Positions 1 to 8,810 of a DNA stretch of 64,000 nucleotides are shown here, piece by piece (the stretch's first letter is position 1; the number at the start of each line of letters is the position of its first letter). The notes below the pieces were generated by a model. The model had not been told where the DNA came from. It worked only from the letters and a program-made list of their open reading frames with translations, and searched no databases. A program made the position numbers and the translations under genes. The DNA is from Fimbriimonadaceae bacterium (lineage in GTDB: Bacteria; Armatimonadota; Fimbriimonadia; Fimbriimonadales; Fimbriimonadaceae): positions 311,362-375,361 of the forward strand of contig CP075364.1 in assembly GCA_019454105.1 (NCBI GenBank). The letters run 5' to 3'.

Positions 1-342
1 AAGCCCGACGAGCACTCGTCGGACCTCGGAGTGGACGCTGAGTTCGCTGGCCAACTGACCGATTTCAAGGGTTCTGATCTTGGTCGTCACGTCCTCGCCA
101 TTCAGCCGCACCTTTTGAGGAAGAGTCCGGCTCAGTTCGATGTTTGCCGTTGCAGCGAGATCGGCCGCTTCTCGAGCTGATCGACCGTCGAGTCCTCGCT
201 CATGGGCCAGCAGGGCCACGCACCGGTACATGGCGCCCGTGTCGAGCAGGGGTAGCCCTGAACGAGCCGACAGCAGTCCTGCGACGGTCGACTTTCCGGC
301 TCCTGCAGGGCCGTCGATCGCGACTACTGGGGGCCGATTCAC
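1..342 (-). CDS. cmk: Cytidylate kinase, N-terminal ~114 codons (rest lies beyond window start)
   Basis: Hand translation of the minus strand from GTG at 342 gives VNRPPVVAIDGPAGAGKSTVAGLLSARSGLPLLDTGAMYRCVALLAHERGLDG... The P-loop GPAGAGKST plus LDTGAMYR is the cmk signature. The GTG overlaps the TGA of the upstream gene (GTGA, 339-342). It is absent from the ORF track because it runs off the edge. Confidence 0.8.
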   Translation of the reverse strand, partial: MNRPPVVAIDGPAGAGKSTVAGLLSARSGLPLLDTGAMYRCVALLAHERGLDGRSAREAADLAATANIELSRTLPQKVRLNGEDVTTKIRTLEIGQLASELSVHSEVRRVLVGL

Positions 343-869
343 TGCTTGGTATAGCTGATGGTGAACGCTGGCGACCAACCGTCGCCTTCTTTCATTTCGA
401 GCTTGGTCGTGATCTCGGTGTCGCTCACCTTGGTGAATGTCTCCCGCATGACGATGGTCCCCATGCCTGGCATCTCTGTCGGGCTGCTCACCGACACCAT
501 TGTCTTACCATCGGTATTGCCGGTCATGACCATCGCGACCGGAGAGGTCGAATCGAACCACCACGAGCGCCAAGTCTTTGTAGCCGCATCGTAGGTGCGG
601 ATGTGCATCCCTGTCAACTCGCCCATGCCTGGGAACGTGTAAGCGTGCATGCTTCGGACGTATCGGCCCCCAAGCACCATTTCTGTGGTCATGGACGCTT
701 CAAGTTCCGTGTCGCCCATCATTTGCATGGTCATCTTCCCCTTCCACTTTCCGACGAGGTAGGCCATCGACTGCATCTCGGCAGGGGCCTCCATCGAAGG
801 CATTCCGGCGTCCTGGCTGATCGAAACCAAGGGGTAGAAGGCAAGTGCCAGCAGTGAGAGTCGCTTCAT
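339..869 (-). CDS. Secreted DUF1579-like (lipocalin-like) protein
   Basis: ORF-track 339..953 trimmed to ATG 869. MKRLSLLALAFYPLVSISQDAG looks like a signal peptide, and GGAGAC lies just upstream. The mature part (LVGKWKGKMTM...TYDAATKTWRSWWFDS) resembles DUF1579. The family call is from memory. Confidence 0.6.
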   Translation of the reverse strand: MKRLSLLALAFYPLVSISQDAGMPSMEAPAEMQSMAYLVGKWKGKMTMQMMGDTELEASMTTEMVLGGRYVRSMHAYTFPGMGELTGMHIRTYDAATKTWRSWWFDSTSPVAMVMTGNTDGKTMVSVSSPTEMPGMGTIVMRETFTKVSDTEITTKLEMKEGDGWSPAFTISYTKQ

Positions 870-912
870 AAGGGTCTCCAGCTTGGGTCGCTCCATTGAT
901 GACCCGGGCCGA

Positions 913-1581
913 TTATGCGTCATGGGACACAGTTCTGGAAGCCGTTTCACCAAGTACTAGCTTTCGTGCGGCCCTGATCTGGATCTCGCCGCTGGCCATC
1001 AAAGCCTCGGCGGCCAGCGATTGCCACTTGGGATCACTCGCGCCCACGTTTCTCTCGTTGAACTCTCGAAGGACTAGTGCCGTTTCGGCTCCCGCGACGC
1101 ACCGAAGGGCCCTCAGGGCCACGCGGGCCGTGCCAACAGTCTTGGCCGACTTGAGATAGCGATGAAGGAGCCCCAGTTGAAGAGGTGTGAAATGCTCCGA
1201 GTGATCGGCGGTCACCCTATCGAGGGCTCCGTCTAGCGCCTGGCTGGCAGCTGCCTTGACTTGGCTTTCGTCGGAATAATACGCCTCGAGCAGGTGTCCC
1301 GCCAGCCTGGGGTCTCGAAGCTCGGCCGCCGCTAAGCTGGCCCTTCGGAGGCCTGGTGCCCAGGCCCCGCCCAACAACAGGAGAAGCATCACCGTCGTCA
1401 GCGAGTCGAACTCCAGTGGCAAGCCCTTGGCAAAGTGGCCGTAGAGCTTGAGCCCGATGAGAAGGACACCGGCCCCGATTGCGATCCCACGCACCACGCG
1501 GACTGACTCTTCGTGCTTGGCTCTTTCCGACCGAAGCGCCTCCATGACTTCGCCGTAAGTTGAAAGCGACGCGCCCACCAA
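913..1581 (-). CDS. Hypothetical membrane protein with helical (HEAT-like) C-terminal region
   Basis: 222-aa ORF in the pilT operon direction. It has two hydrophobic segments (IAIGAGVLLIGLKLY, VMLLLLLGGAW) followed by a helical region. The start is uncertain: TTG 1581, GTG 1578 or ATG 1545. No family recognised. Confidence 0.5.
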   Translation of the reverse strand: MVGASLSTYGEVMEALRSERAKHEESVRVVRGIAIGAGVLLIGLKLYGHFAKGLPLEFDSLTTVMLLLLLGGAWAPGLRRASLAAAELRDPRLAGHLLEAYYSDESQVKAAASQALDGALDRVTADHSEHFTPLQLGLLHRYLKSAKTVGTARVALRALRCVAGAETALVLREFNERNVGASDPKWQSLAAEALMASGEIQIRAARKLVLGETASRTVSHDA

Positions 1582-1658
1582 TCGGCTGTACGGAACCTTG
1601 GAGCCTTGAGTTGCCCACAGTCAGGACGGCCGAACAGGGCTGAGGACGACAGAGGACA

Positions 1659-3200
1659 TCAGGCGGCCGACTTCGCGAGCCTGGCGAAGGTCTCCTTGTC
1701 CACCGACCGCATGAGGCACTCCTCATAGGACACAAAGCCGAGCCTGAACAACTCGGCCAAGTGGCTGTCCATCGTCTGCATGCCGACTTGGCGGTTCGTC
1801 TCGATGATCGAGTACATCTGGTGGGTCTTGCCCTCCCGGATCAAGTTCTTGATGGCGGGGATGCCCGTCATGATCTCGATGGCGGCCACACGGCCCCCTC
1901 CCAGTTTGGGCAAGAGCTGCTGGGAAATGATCCCTTCGATCGTATTGGCGAGCAGCACCCGGATCTGTTCCTGTTGGTCGCTTGGGAAGACGTCGACCAC
2001 GCGGTCGATGGAGGCGGGAGCGTTCCGCGTGTGGAGCGTGCCGAAGACCAAGTGGCCGGTTTCAGCGAGGGTCAGGGCCGCTTCGATCGTCTCCAAGTCG
2101 CGCAACTCGCCGACGAGGATGATGTCAGGGTCTTCGCGGAGGACGGCTCGGAGGGCGTTGTGAAGCGAATAGGTGTCGCTGTGCAACTCGCGCTGGTTCA
2201 CCATGCACCGCTTGTGGCGGTGGAGATATTCGATCGGGTCTTCGATGGTGACAATGTGCCCGCTGCGGGTCTCGTTGATGTCGTCGATCATCGAGGCGAT
2301 GGTCGTCGACTTGCCGGAACCGGTCGGACCGGTGACAAGGATGAGCCCTGAGCTCCTCTTGGCGATCTCGCGGATCACGGTCGGAAGCCGAAGATCGTCA
2401 TAGGACGGAATCCGGTTCGGGATCATTCGGGCGGCGACGGCGACGCTGCCCCGCTGCATATAGACGTTGACACGGAACCGTGCCACACCAGCGACCGTGT
2501 AGGCAAAGTCCAGCTCGTGGGTCTGCTCGAACTTCTGAAGGTTGTCGTCGCTGAGAATCTCGTAAGAGAGCCTCCTGGTGTGCTCGACTTCGCAGACTTC
2601 GTAGGGCAGGGGCATGATCTCGCCATCGATGCGGGCCATCGGTGGGAGTCCGGCAGTCAAGTGGATGTCGCTCGCCTTCCGCTCGACGCCAGCCCGAAGG
2701 AGCTCGTCGATGTGGACTTCTTTGAGAGGCAACGCGTCTTCGCCCGTCCTGACGATGCCCGGCTCTTGGATCTGCTCGTCCACGTAGTACTTGGAAACCT
2801 GCTTAGAAACCGAATCACGCAGTTCTTTCGGGATGTACTCCGGGACATAGTGAGTCTGAACGTGCGGGTTGGACTCGGTGACGGGTTCATCGGGCGCTTG
2901 CCCGGTCACGGTGAGGCTAGTGCTAGGAGGCGTTTCGACAGGTTCGGGAACGGCTCCCCCAGAAGCAAACCCGCCAGGCTCGACTCCCTTGGGCGCTTCC
3001 TGGGGAGTCAAGGCCGATTCGGATTGGACAGGTGCGGTTCCTGGATCCGCAGGCGTCGTCGCGGACTCGTCTTTTTCGTCGATCTGCTGGAGGAGCTTGG
3101 CAATATCCTCTGGCAGCGCATGGCTCTCGGCTGGGGGTGGGGGCGTGGCCTCTCCGTCCGATTGTCCGAGAACTTTGTCCCAACTGAATCCGTCTGACAT
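1659..3200 (-). CDS. pilT: Type IV pilus retraction ATPase PilT with ~165-aa Pro/Glu-rich N-terminal extension
   Basis: Walker A GPTGSGKSTT, the Asp box, Walker B ILVGELRD and GHLVFGTLHT are all present, as is the PilT-type C-terminus. ATG at 3200. Confidence 0.9.
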   Translation of the reverse strand: MSDGFSWDKVLGQSDGEATPPPPAESHALPEDIAKLLQQIDEKDESATTPADPGTAPVQSESALTPQEAPKGVEPGGFASGGAVPEPVETPPSTSLTVTGQAPDEPVTESNPHVQTHYVPEYIPKELRDSVSKQVSKYYVDEQIQEPGIVRTGEDALPLKEVHIDELLRAGVERKASDIHLTAGLPPMARIDGEIMPLPYEVCEVEHTRRLSYEILSDDNLQKFEQTHELDFAYTVAGVARFRVNVYMQRGSVAVAARMIPNRIPSYDDLRLPTVIREIAKRSSGLILVTGPTGSGKSTTIASMIDDINETRSGHIVTIEDPIEYLHRHKRCMVNQRELHSDTYSLHNALRAVLREDPDIILVGELRDLETIEAALTLAETGHLVFGTLHTRNAPASIDRVVDVFPSDQQEQIRVLLANTIEGIISQQLLPKLGGGRVAAIEIMTGIPAIKNLIREGKTHQMYSIIETNRQVGMQTMDSHLAELFRLGFVSYEECLMRSVDKETFARLAKSAA

Positions 3201-3225
3201 GGTCTTCTTGGCTCCTTGTGTTGCT

Positions 3226-4101
3226 TTAAATCACAAACTGTTCTGAACTGGCGATCGCATTCATGCCCCGTTCGGCGATCATCGGGATCCTCTCTCCCGG
3301 CACGACCAACACGTCGAGTGGCCACGTTGGAAGCATCTCGACGCGGACGTCCTTGGGATCAATGCCCGCCTGAGCAAGCTTGACAAGCCGGGTGCCAATG
3401 GCGACACAGGCTCTCAAAGAGTGTTCGGGCCCAGGCTCGCCCGCAGGCGAGAAGTAGTCCAAGCCTTGGGAAAGAGTGTCCGGGAAACCCCACTTGACCG
3501 AAGCCGCATAGCTGACGGCCACATGGTCGCACCCAAAGACGGCCCGTTCGGCAAGGACGTCCGGTGCGCCTTGGTCCACAACGCTTTGAACTCGGTTGTA
3601 CTGCTCTGGGTCATAACGGTCGAGAAGCGTCTTTCCGATGAGGTGCAGAAGTCCGCAGGTATAGGCGTCGTCGGGGTTGACGTCGACGAGAGGCATGGAG
3701 ATCGCACGGCAACAAGCGGCCGTGTTGATCGAGTGTTTCCACCAGGCGCGACGCCGGAGAGATTCCTTGTCGTTCTTGCCGACGAAAAGGTCGAAGACGC
3801 CGACGGCCATGGCGAGTTGGCGCACTTGCTTCAACCCCAGGAACATGAGCGCCTCGTGAATGGACGTCACTTTCCTCGGAAGGGCATAAAAGACGCTGTT
3901 CGCCTGTGTCAGGATCTTGGCGCTAAAGCCCGGATCGACCGTGATGACCTTGACGAGCTGCTGAGTGCCTGCGTCTTCATTCCCGGTGAACTCAAGGACT
4001 TGGCAGACGACTTGAGGAAGGACAGCAACTTCGCCGACCTTGGCCAAGACTTTATCCACCGGATTCTCTGCCGGTTTCTCGGAAGGAAGACGGTTTTGCA
4101 C
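3226..4101 (-). CDS. HDOD domain protein
   Basis: LPQVVCQVLEFTGNEDAGTQQLVKVITVDPGFSAKILTQANSVFYALPRKVTSIHEALMFLGLKQVRQLA is a typical HDOD core. GTG start at 4101. The gene lies 25 nt upstream of pilT. Confidence 0.85.
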   Translation of the reverse strand: MQNRLPSEKPAENPVDKVLAKVGEVAVLPQVVCQVLEFTGNEDAGTQQLVKVITVDPGFSAKILTQANSVFYALPRKVTSIHEALMFLGLKQVRQLAMAVGVFDLFVGKNDKESLRRRAWWKHSINTAACCRAISMPLVDVNPDDAYTCGLLHLIGKTLLDRYDPEQYNRVQSVVDQGAPDVLAERAVFGCDHVAVSYAASVKWGFPDTLSQGLDYFSPAGEPGPEHSLRACVAIGTRLVKLAQAGIDPKDVRVEMLPTWPLDVLVVPGERIPMIAERGMNAIASSEQFVI

Positions 4102-4239
4102 GGCCCCTACGGCGAGATTGTCGGTCGATCTTGGCGCCTTGGAGAGGGATCTGATCTGAATCGAGCGCCAATCGGAGGGAAGGACCCTTCAGCATTCCGA
4201 TTTAGCATCCGGTTAATCTCATGCCCGTAAGGTTCGGCC

Positions 4240-5106
4240 ATGATTTGCTCCCTCGTCGCCGCAACGACCATCGCTCCGACTACGTTTCGGGCGATGAGCT
4301 TCAATATCTGGGTCGGAGGCACCCAGTTCCAGCCCCTCAGCCAGACAGCACGAGCCATTCAGGTTGCCAAAGCCGACATCGTCGGGATCCAGGAGCCGGC
4401 CGAAAGCCTCGCCAAACTGGCCGAGAGCCTCGGCTGGAACCACAGCGCGAAGGCGAGCCTCGTCACCCGCTTTGAGATCCTTGAAGACTGGAAGGTTCAA
4501 GGCAACCGATGGGGAGGAGCCAAGATCAAGCTTTCTGACGGTTCCACCCTCTTGTTTTACAATGACCACTTCAACCCCTATCCCTATGGCCCGTACGAGG
4601 CAAGGGACGGGAAGGCGACCGACGCCAAGTCCCTGAAACAGGTCGAGCAGGATTCCGGTCGAGTCGATCAGATGAGGCGCATTCTGGCCGATCTTGGCTC
4701 CAGGCCTGACAGAGATCTTCCGGTCGTCTTCACCGGAGACTTCAACACGCCCTCGCATTTAGACTGGGTGGAGAAGACTCGCGAACGGAACTTCGGGCTG
4801 ACCATGGTGTGGCCCGTGACCGAACTCGCCCAACAAGCTGGCTTCAAGGACGGCTTTAGGAGCGTCCATCCAGATCCAGCGGCCAAACCAGGCTTCACCT
4901 GGAGCCCGGGCTACCCGGTTCCCAAACTTGAGGCCAACGACGTGATGGACCGGATCGACTTTGTGATCTGGCGAGGCGCCTTGCGAGCGAAGGGGGCTTG
5001 GGTGGTCGGCGAGAAAGGGCCGGTCACTGACATCGCCCTCGATCCTTGGCCTTCGGATCACCGGGCAGTCCTGGTGGAGTTCGAGCCGACTCTGGCCCGA
5101 AGGTAA
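4240..5106 (+). CDS. Endonuclease/exonuclease/phosphatase (EEP) family protein
   Basis: MSFNIWVGG at the N-terminus, IVGIQE, TGDFN and a C-terminal SDHRAVLVEF are EEP hallmarks. The start could alternatively be ATG 4294. Confidence 0.8.
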   Translation: MICSLVAATTIAPTTFRAMSFNIWVGGTQFQPLSQTARAIQVAKADIVGIQEPAESLAKLAESLGWNHSAKASLVTRFEILEDWKVQGNRWGGAKIKLSDGSTLLFYNDHFNPYPYGPYEARDGKATDAKSLKQVEQDSGRVDQMRRILADLGSRPDRDLPVVFTGDFNTPSHLDWVEKTRERNFGLTMVWPVTELAQQAGFKDGFRSVHPDPAAKPGFTWSPGYPVPKLEANDVMDRIDFVIWRGALRAKGAWVVGEKGPVTDIALDPWPSDHRAVLVEFEPTLARR

Positions 5107-5133
5107 GAGCGCGCTCTTCATAAGGTTCCTGGC

Positions 5134-8028
5134 CTAACCGGCTGCGTTCGAATGTTCGGACAGCCACGCCTGGACGGTGGCCACGGCGTCGCGATCGGAG
5201 GCGAGCAGGGCCGCTTCGGACTGTTGCTCGCATCGCTCGACGCTGAGTTGTCGCCGAACTTCTGCGACGGCCCAATCAAACCGACCTTGGTCAGGAACGC
5301 TCAACCGCAGTCGGGATTCTCGTCGCATCTTCTCGGCGGCGGCCAGCGCCCAGGCCGCCCGATCGGCCTGACCAAGTGCGCTGAGGACGACGGCTGCTTC
5401 AGTCAGAACGAAGGAGGGAAGCCTTCGGTCAAAACCGGTCTTTTGGAACTCCAGCGCGTTGGCCAAGACTTTCGAGGCTCCTGACCAGTCCTGTCTCAAG
5501 TTCAAGACCTTGCCCAATCCAGCCCAAGCGTTCGCCGCATGGGTCGGTTCTCCGGTCTCGGTGTGCTCCTTGATACTGGCCATGAACAGGGCCTCAGCCC
5601 TGTCCAAATCGCCCTGATCGATGGCGACATAGCCACGGTAGCAATCGTTTCCTGCCACGCCGCTCCGGTCTCCCAGACTCTCGCGCATCGCCCGAGACTC
5701 GAGGAACTTTCTTTCCGCCTCATCGAAGTGGCCCAGGCCATGTAGGGCCCTTGCCCAGTTCATGTGGCAACTGGAGATCGCGAACGGGCCAGAGGACTCG
5801 GTGAGAGCCGCCAAAGCCCGCTGAGCGAACTCGGACGCCCTTTCGTAGTCGCCCTCCTCGACACCTGTGTAGGCCATGTTCATCAGCGTCAAGCCGACTT
5901 GGTAGTCGTCGCCGATCTGCTCGGCGATCTCAAGGCTCTCATCGAGCATCTCGCGGCATTTGGCGTGGTCTCCCAGCATGCCTTCGAAGATGGATAGGTT
6001 CGAAAGTCCATTGGCGACCCCCCGTAGATCGTTGAGCCCGCGCCGGATTTCGAGGGCCTCGGCGAACAGGGCCCTGGCTTCCAATGCTTCGCCTTGCCAA
6101 ATGCACAGAACCCCGATCATGTTGAGGGCCTTGGCGAGCGGTTCGCTTCCAGATTCGGCCATTTGCAGGGCGGGTTCCAACCAGGCGCGCCCCTCGCGGA
6201 ACTGGGCGCTCAGTTGCCAGTACCTCCCCATGCTCGTGACAGCTTCGACGTAGTCTGATTGTCGTCCTGGAAGGGACGCAAGCCGTTCGAAAGCGGCCCG
6301 CAAGTTGTCCCTTTGTGAGTTGAGGCGGGCGACCCAAGCCGTTTGGTTTCGGCCGAGCAGATGCGCTCCGGCTTCTTTGGCCAGGCCCAAGTAGTGGTCC
6401 GCGTGCCGATCCCTCCATGAATCCTCCTCGCCTGAATCGGCGAGCCGTTCCCGCCCATAGGCCCGAACGGTCTCAAGCAATCGATAACGGACTTCTCCTC
6501 CGCTTGGTTCGGCCATCACCAAGCTCTTGTCGCACAATGATGTGAGGACGTCCAACACCTGCCAATCCTCGATCGGATCTCCGGCGCACACATTCTCTGC
6601 CCCTGCCAAGTCCCAACCGCCAGCGAATACGGACAGTCTTGCGAGCAGGCGACGCTCCGACTCGTCCAACAAACCATAGCTCCAGTCGATAAGGGCCCTC
6701 AGGGTTTGCTGTCTTGGGAGGGCCGTGCGGGATCCTCCGGTCAGCAGTTTGAACCTTTGGTCGAGTCGAGCGTCGAGTTCGTCCAGGGACATGGCTCTCA
6801 TCCGGGCCGCGGCCAGTTCGATCGCGAGGGGAATGCCATCCAATCGCTGGCACACTGAGGCGAGGGCGACGGCGTTCTTGTCAGTGACGTCGAACCCGGG
6901 TCGGGCCAAGGCGGCCCGGTCGATGAACAATCGCACCGACTCGACTTGCTCCAACGAGTCTGGGCTCGGCGAGACGGTCTCGGGCGGCAAGCCGAGCGAC
7001 GCGACTCGGTAGGTGCGCTCGCCCGAAACCCCAAGAGGCTGCCGACTTGTGGCGAGCAGCGCCAGGGCGGGGCATCGGCGCGTGAGGGAGTCGGCGAGTT
7101 TGGCGGCCGACTCGATGAGATGCTCGCAGTTGTCGAGCACGATCAGGACTTTCCGCTCGCGGAGAAAGCCGGCCAGGGATTCGAACCTGGACATGGAAGC
7201 TGACTCTTTGACCCCGACCGCCTCGCAGACCGCAGTTTCGACCAAGGCGCCGTCGATCAAAGGGGCCAACTCGACTAACCAGACACCGTCAGGATATGTG
7301 TGGCTGAGGTCTGCGGCCACTTGGAGTGCCAGGCGAGTCTTGCCAGTGCCGCCAGATCCTGTCAACGTGACAAGCCGAGACTGGCCCAGGGCGGTTCGGA
7401 CTCCCGCCAGCTCGCGTTCCCGGCCGATGAAGGAAGTGATTTGCTCGGGAAGGTTGTTCGGCGTGCCTGCCAAGGAACGCAAGGGCGGAAACTCGGTCGT
7501 CCATTGAGGGAGACAGATCTGGAAGAGGGCCTCTGGCCGTCCGAGGTCTTTGAGACGGTGCTCGCCGAGCGGCCTGAGTTCCACCAAGTCAGGCAAGGAG
7601 TCGCGGACGAGTTCGGCTGTGCTGGTTGAGACAACCGACTGTCCGCCATGCACCACCGCCAGGATCCGAGCCACCCGGTTGAGAGGGGGGCCGTAGTAGT
7701 CTCCATCCCGGCTTTCGGCGACTCCTGTATGGAGCGCGGCCCTGACCCGGATCTGGACCGGCTCGGGCCATGGTTCGTCGGCGAAGAGCGATTGGAACTC
7801 GACCACGGCTCGCATTCCATCGGACGGATCGGAAAAGGCCGCGCAAAAGGCGTCTCCCACTGTCTTGAACACGGTGCCGCCCGCCTTTTCGATGGTGGTT
7901 CGCAGGATCTCGTCGTGCCGGGCCAGAGCGCGGCTCATGACTTCCGGGTGCTCCTCCCAAAGCCGGGTGCTTCCCTCGATATCGGTGAAAAGGAAAGTGA
8001 CCGTTCCGACTGGAGCCCCGGGCGACAT
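5134..8028 (-). CDS. Class III adenylate cyclase - STAND/NB-ARC ATPase - TPR sensor protein
   Basis: The N-terminus carries TFLFTDIEGST, KTVGDAF and DYYGPPLNRVARI (cyclase catalytic set). A P-loop GSGGTGKTRLA and LIVLDNCEHL (NB-ARC-like) follow. The C-terminal ~350 aa is TPR-like. No HTH was seen. Confidence 0.9.
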   Translation of the reverse strand: MSPGAPVGTVTFLFTDIEGSTRLWEEHPEVMSRALARHDEILRTTIEKAGGTVFKTVGDAFCAAFSDPSDGMRAVVEFQSLFADEPWPEPVQIRVRAALHTGVAESRDGDYYGPPLNRVARILAVVHGGQSVVSTSTAELVRDSLPDLVELRPLGEHRLKDLGRPEALFQICLPQWTTEFPPLRSLAGTPNNLPEQITSFIGRERELAGVRTALGQSRLVTLTGSGGTGKTRLALQVAADLSHTYPDGVWLVELAPLIDGALVETAVCEAVGVKESASMSRFESLAGFLRERKVLIVLDNCEHLIESAAKLADSLTRRCPALALLATSRQPLGVSGERTYRVASLGLPPETVSPSPDSLEQVESVRLFIDRAALARPGFDVTDKNAVALASVCQRLDGIPLAIELAAARMRAMSLDELDARLDQRFKLLTGGSRTALPRQQTLRALIDWSYGLLDESERRLLARLSVFAGGWDLAGAENVCAGDPIEDWQVLDVLTSLCDKSLVMAEPSGGEVRYRLLETVRAYGRERLADSGEEDSWRDRHADHYLGLAKEAGAHLLGRNQTAWVARLNSQRDNLRAAFERLASLPGRQSDYVEAVTSMGRYWQLSAQFREGRAWLEPALQMAESGSEPLAKALNMIGVLCIWQGEALEARALFAEALEIRRGLNDLRGVANGLSNLSIFEGMLGDHAKCREMLDESLEIAEQIGDDYQVGLTLMNMAYTGVEEGDYERASEFAQRALAALTESSGPFAISSCHMNWARALHGLGHFDEAERKFLESRAMRESLGDRSGVAGNDCYRGYVAIDQGDLDRAEALFMASIKEHTETGEPTHAANAWAGLGKVLNLRQDWSGASKVLANALEFQKTGFDRRLPSFVLTEAAVVLSALGQADRAAWALAAAEKMRRESRLRLSVPDQGRFDWAVAEVRRQLSVERCEQQSEAALLASDRDAVATVQAWLSEHSNAAG

Positions 8029-8155
8029 TCCTCACGGAAGTGTACTCAAGGGAAGCGAGCGCCATGCTTGAAGACAGGGTGCCTGAAGTCATGCTTCTCT
8101 TGGATCTGGGCCGGTTTCGTCGCGAGGGGGCGGCTATGCTAGTATCGAAGTCGCG

Positions 8156-8596
8156 ATGAGTCAGCAATGGATTTCAGAGACCTACCTTCTTCGCGGTGCT
8201 TCCGCGGCCGATCTGGATCAAGTTCAGTCGATTTGTGAGACAGTCCGGTTCGATCCCGGCCAAAAGATCGTCGCTGAAGGTGACAAGAGCCAGGACCTGA
8301 TGATCGTCGTCTCCGGCCGGGCCCGGGTCGAGACCCGGGAAGGTGACCTGATCGACGAGATCAAAGAAGGGGCCGTGCTCGGCGAAATCGCGTTTCTCGA
8401 TGGCCAGCAACGGACTGCGAACGTCTTTTCTGTCGGAGAGACCACCGTCATTCGGATCCCAAGCGACAGTCTCAAGGGCATCATGGCCCAAAGCACCCAA
8501 TTGGAGAACATCGTTCTTCGCAACGCTGCCTTGGCCCTTTGTCAGCGGTTGCGAGACGCCAACCAGCAGATTGAAGGACTGTTGGTTCCGCGCTAA
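8156..8596 (+). CDS. Stand-alone cyclic-nucleotide-binding (CNB) domain protein
   Basis: The 146-aa protein has a phosphate-binding cassette GEIAFLDGQQRTANV (Glu and Arg-Thr-Ala intact). There is no additional domain. Confidence 0.85.
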   Translation: MSQQWISETYLLRGASAADLDQVQSICETVRFDPGQKIVAEGDKSQDLMIVVSGRARVETREGDLIDEIKEGAVLGEIAFLDGQQRTANVFSVGETTVIRIPSDSLKGIMAQSTQLENIVLRNAALALCQRLRDANQQIEGLLVPR

Positions 8597-8646
8597 TCTG
8601 GAATCCGGGAGCCGACCGAAGGGATGCGGAGGTCGGGAAATCAAGC

Positions 8647-8733
8647 TGGTGCCCAGGAAAGGACTCGAACCTTCACCCCATTGCTGGGACTAGTACCTGA
8701 AACTAGCGCGTCTACCAATTTCGCCACCTGGGC
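8647..8733 (-). tRNA. tRNA-Leu (anticodon CAG), CCA encoded
   Basis: Folded by hand. The acceptor stem is GCCCAGG/CCTGGGC. The anticodon stem-loop is CTAGT-TTCAGGT-ACTAG. There is a long variable arm, a T-loop TTCGAGT and a 3' ACCA. Confidence 0.9.
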
Positions 8734-8810
8734 AGGCGGCCCAACATGGTACCCGCAGCCACAAACCCCGTAAAGGGATCGGGGCCAAACATGGAAAGAA
8801 CCCTGGGGCC

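Noticed and set aside
5101-5133. Palindrome aagagcgcgctctt between the convergent EEP and cyclase genes, considered as a bidirectional terminator
   Set aside because: The stem is only about 5 bp after allowing a loop. There is no flanking T- or A-run. It is plausible but not supportable.
8597-8810. Integrated element at tRNA-Leu
   Set aside because: I saw no integrase, no direct repeat of the tRNA 3' end and no compositional break. The flanking genes are ordinary chromosomal genes.
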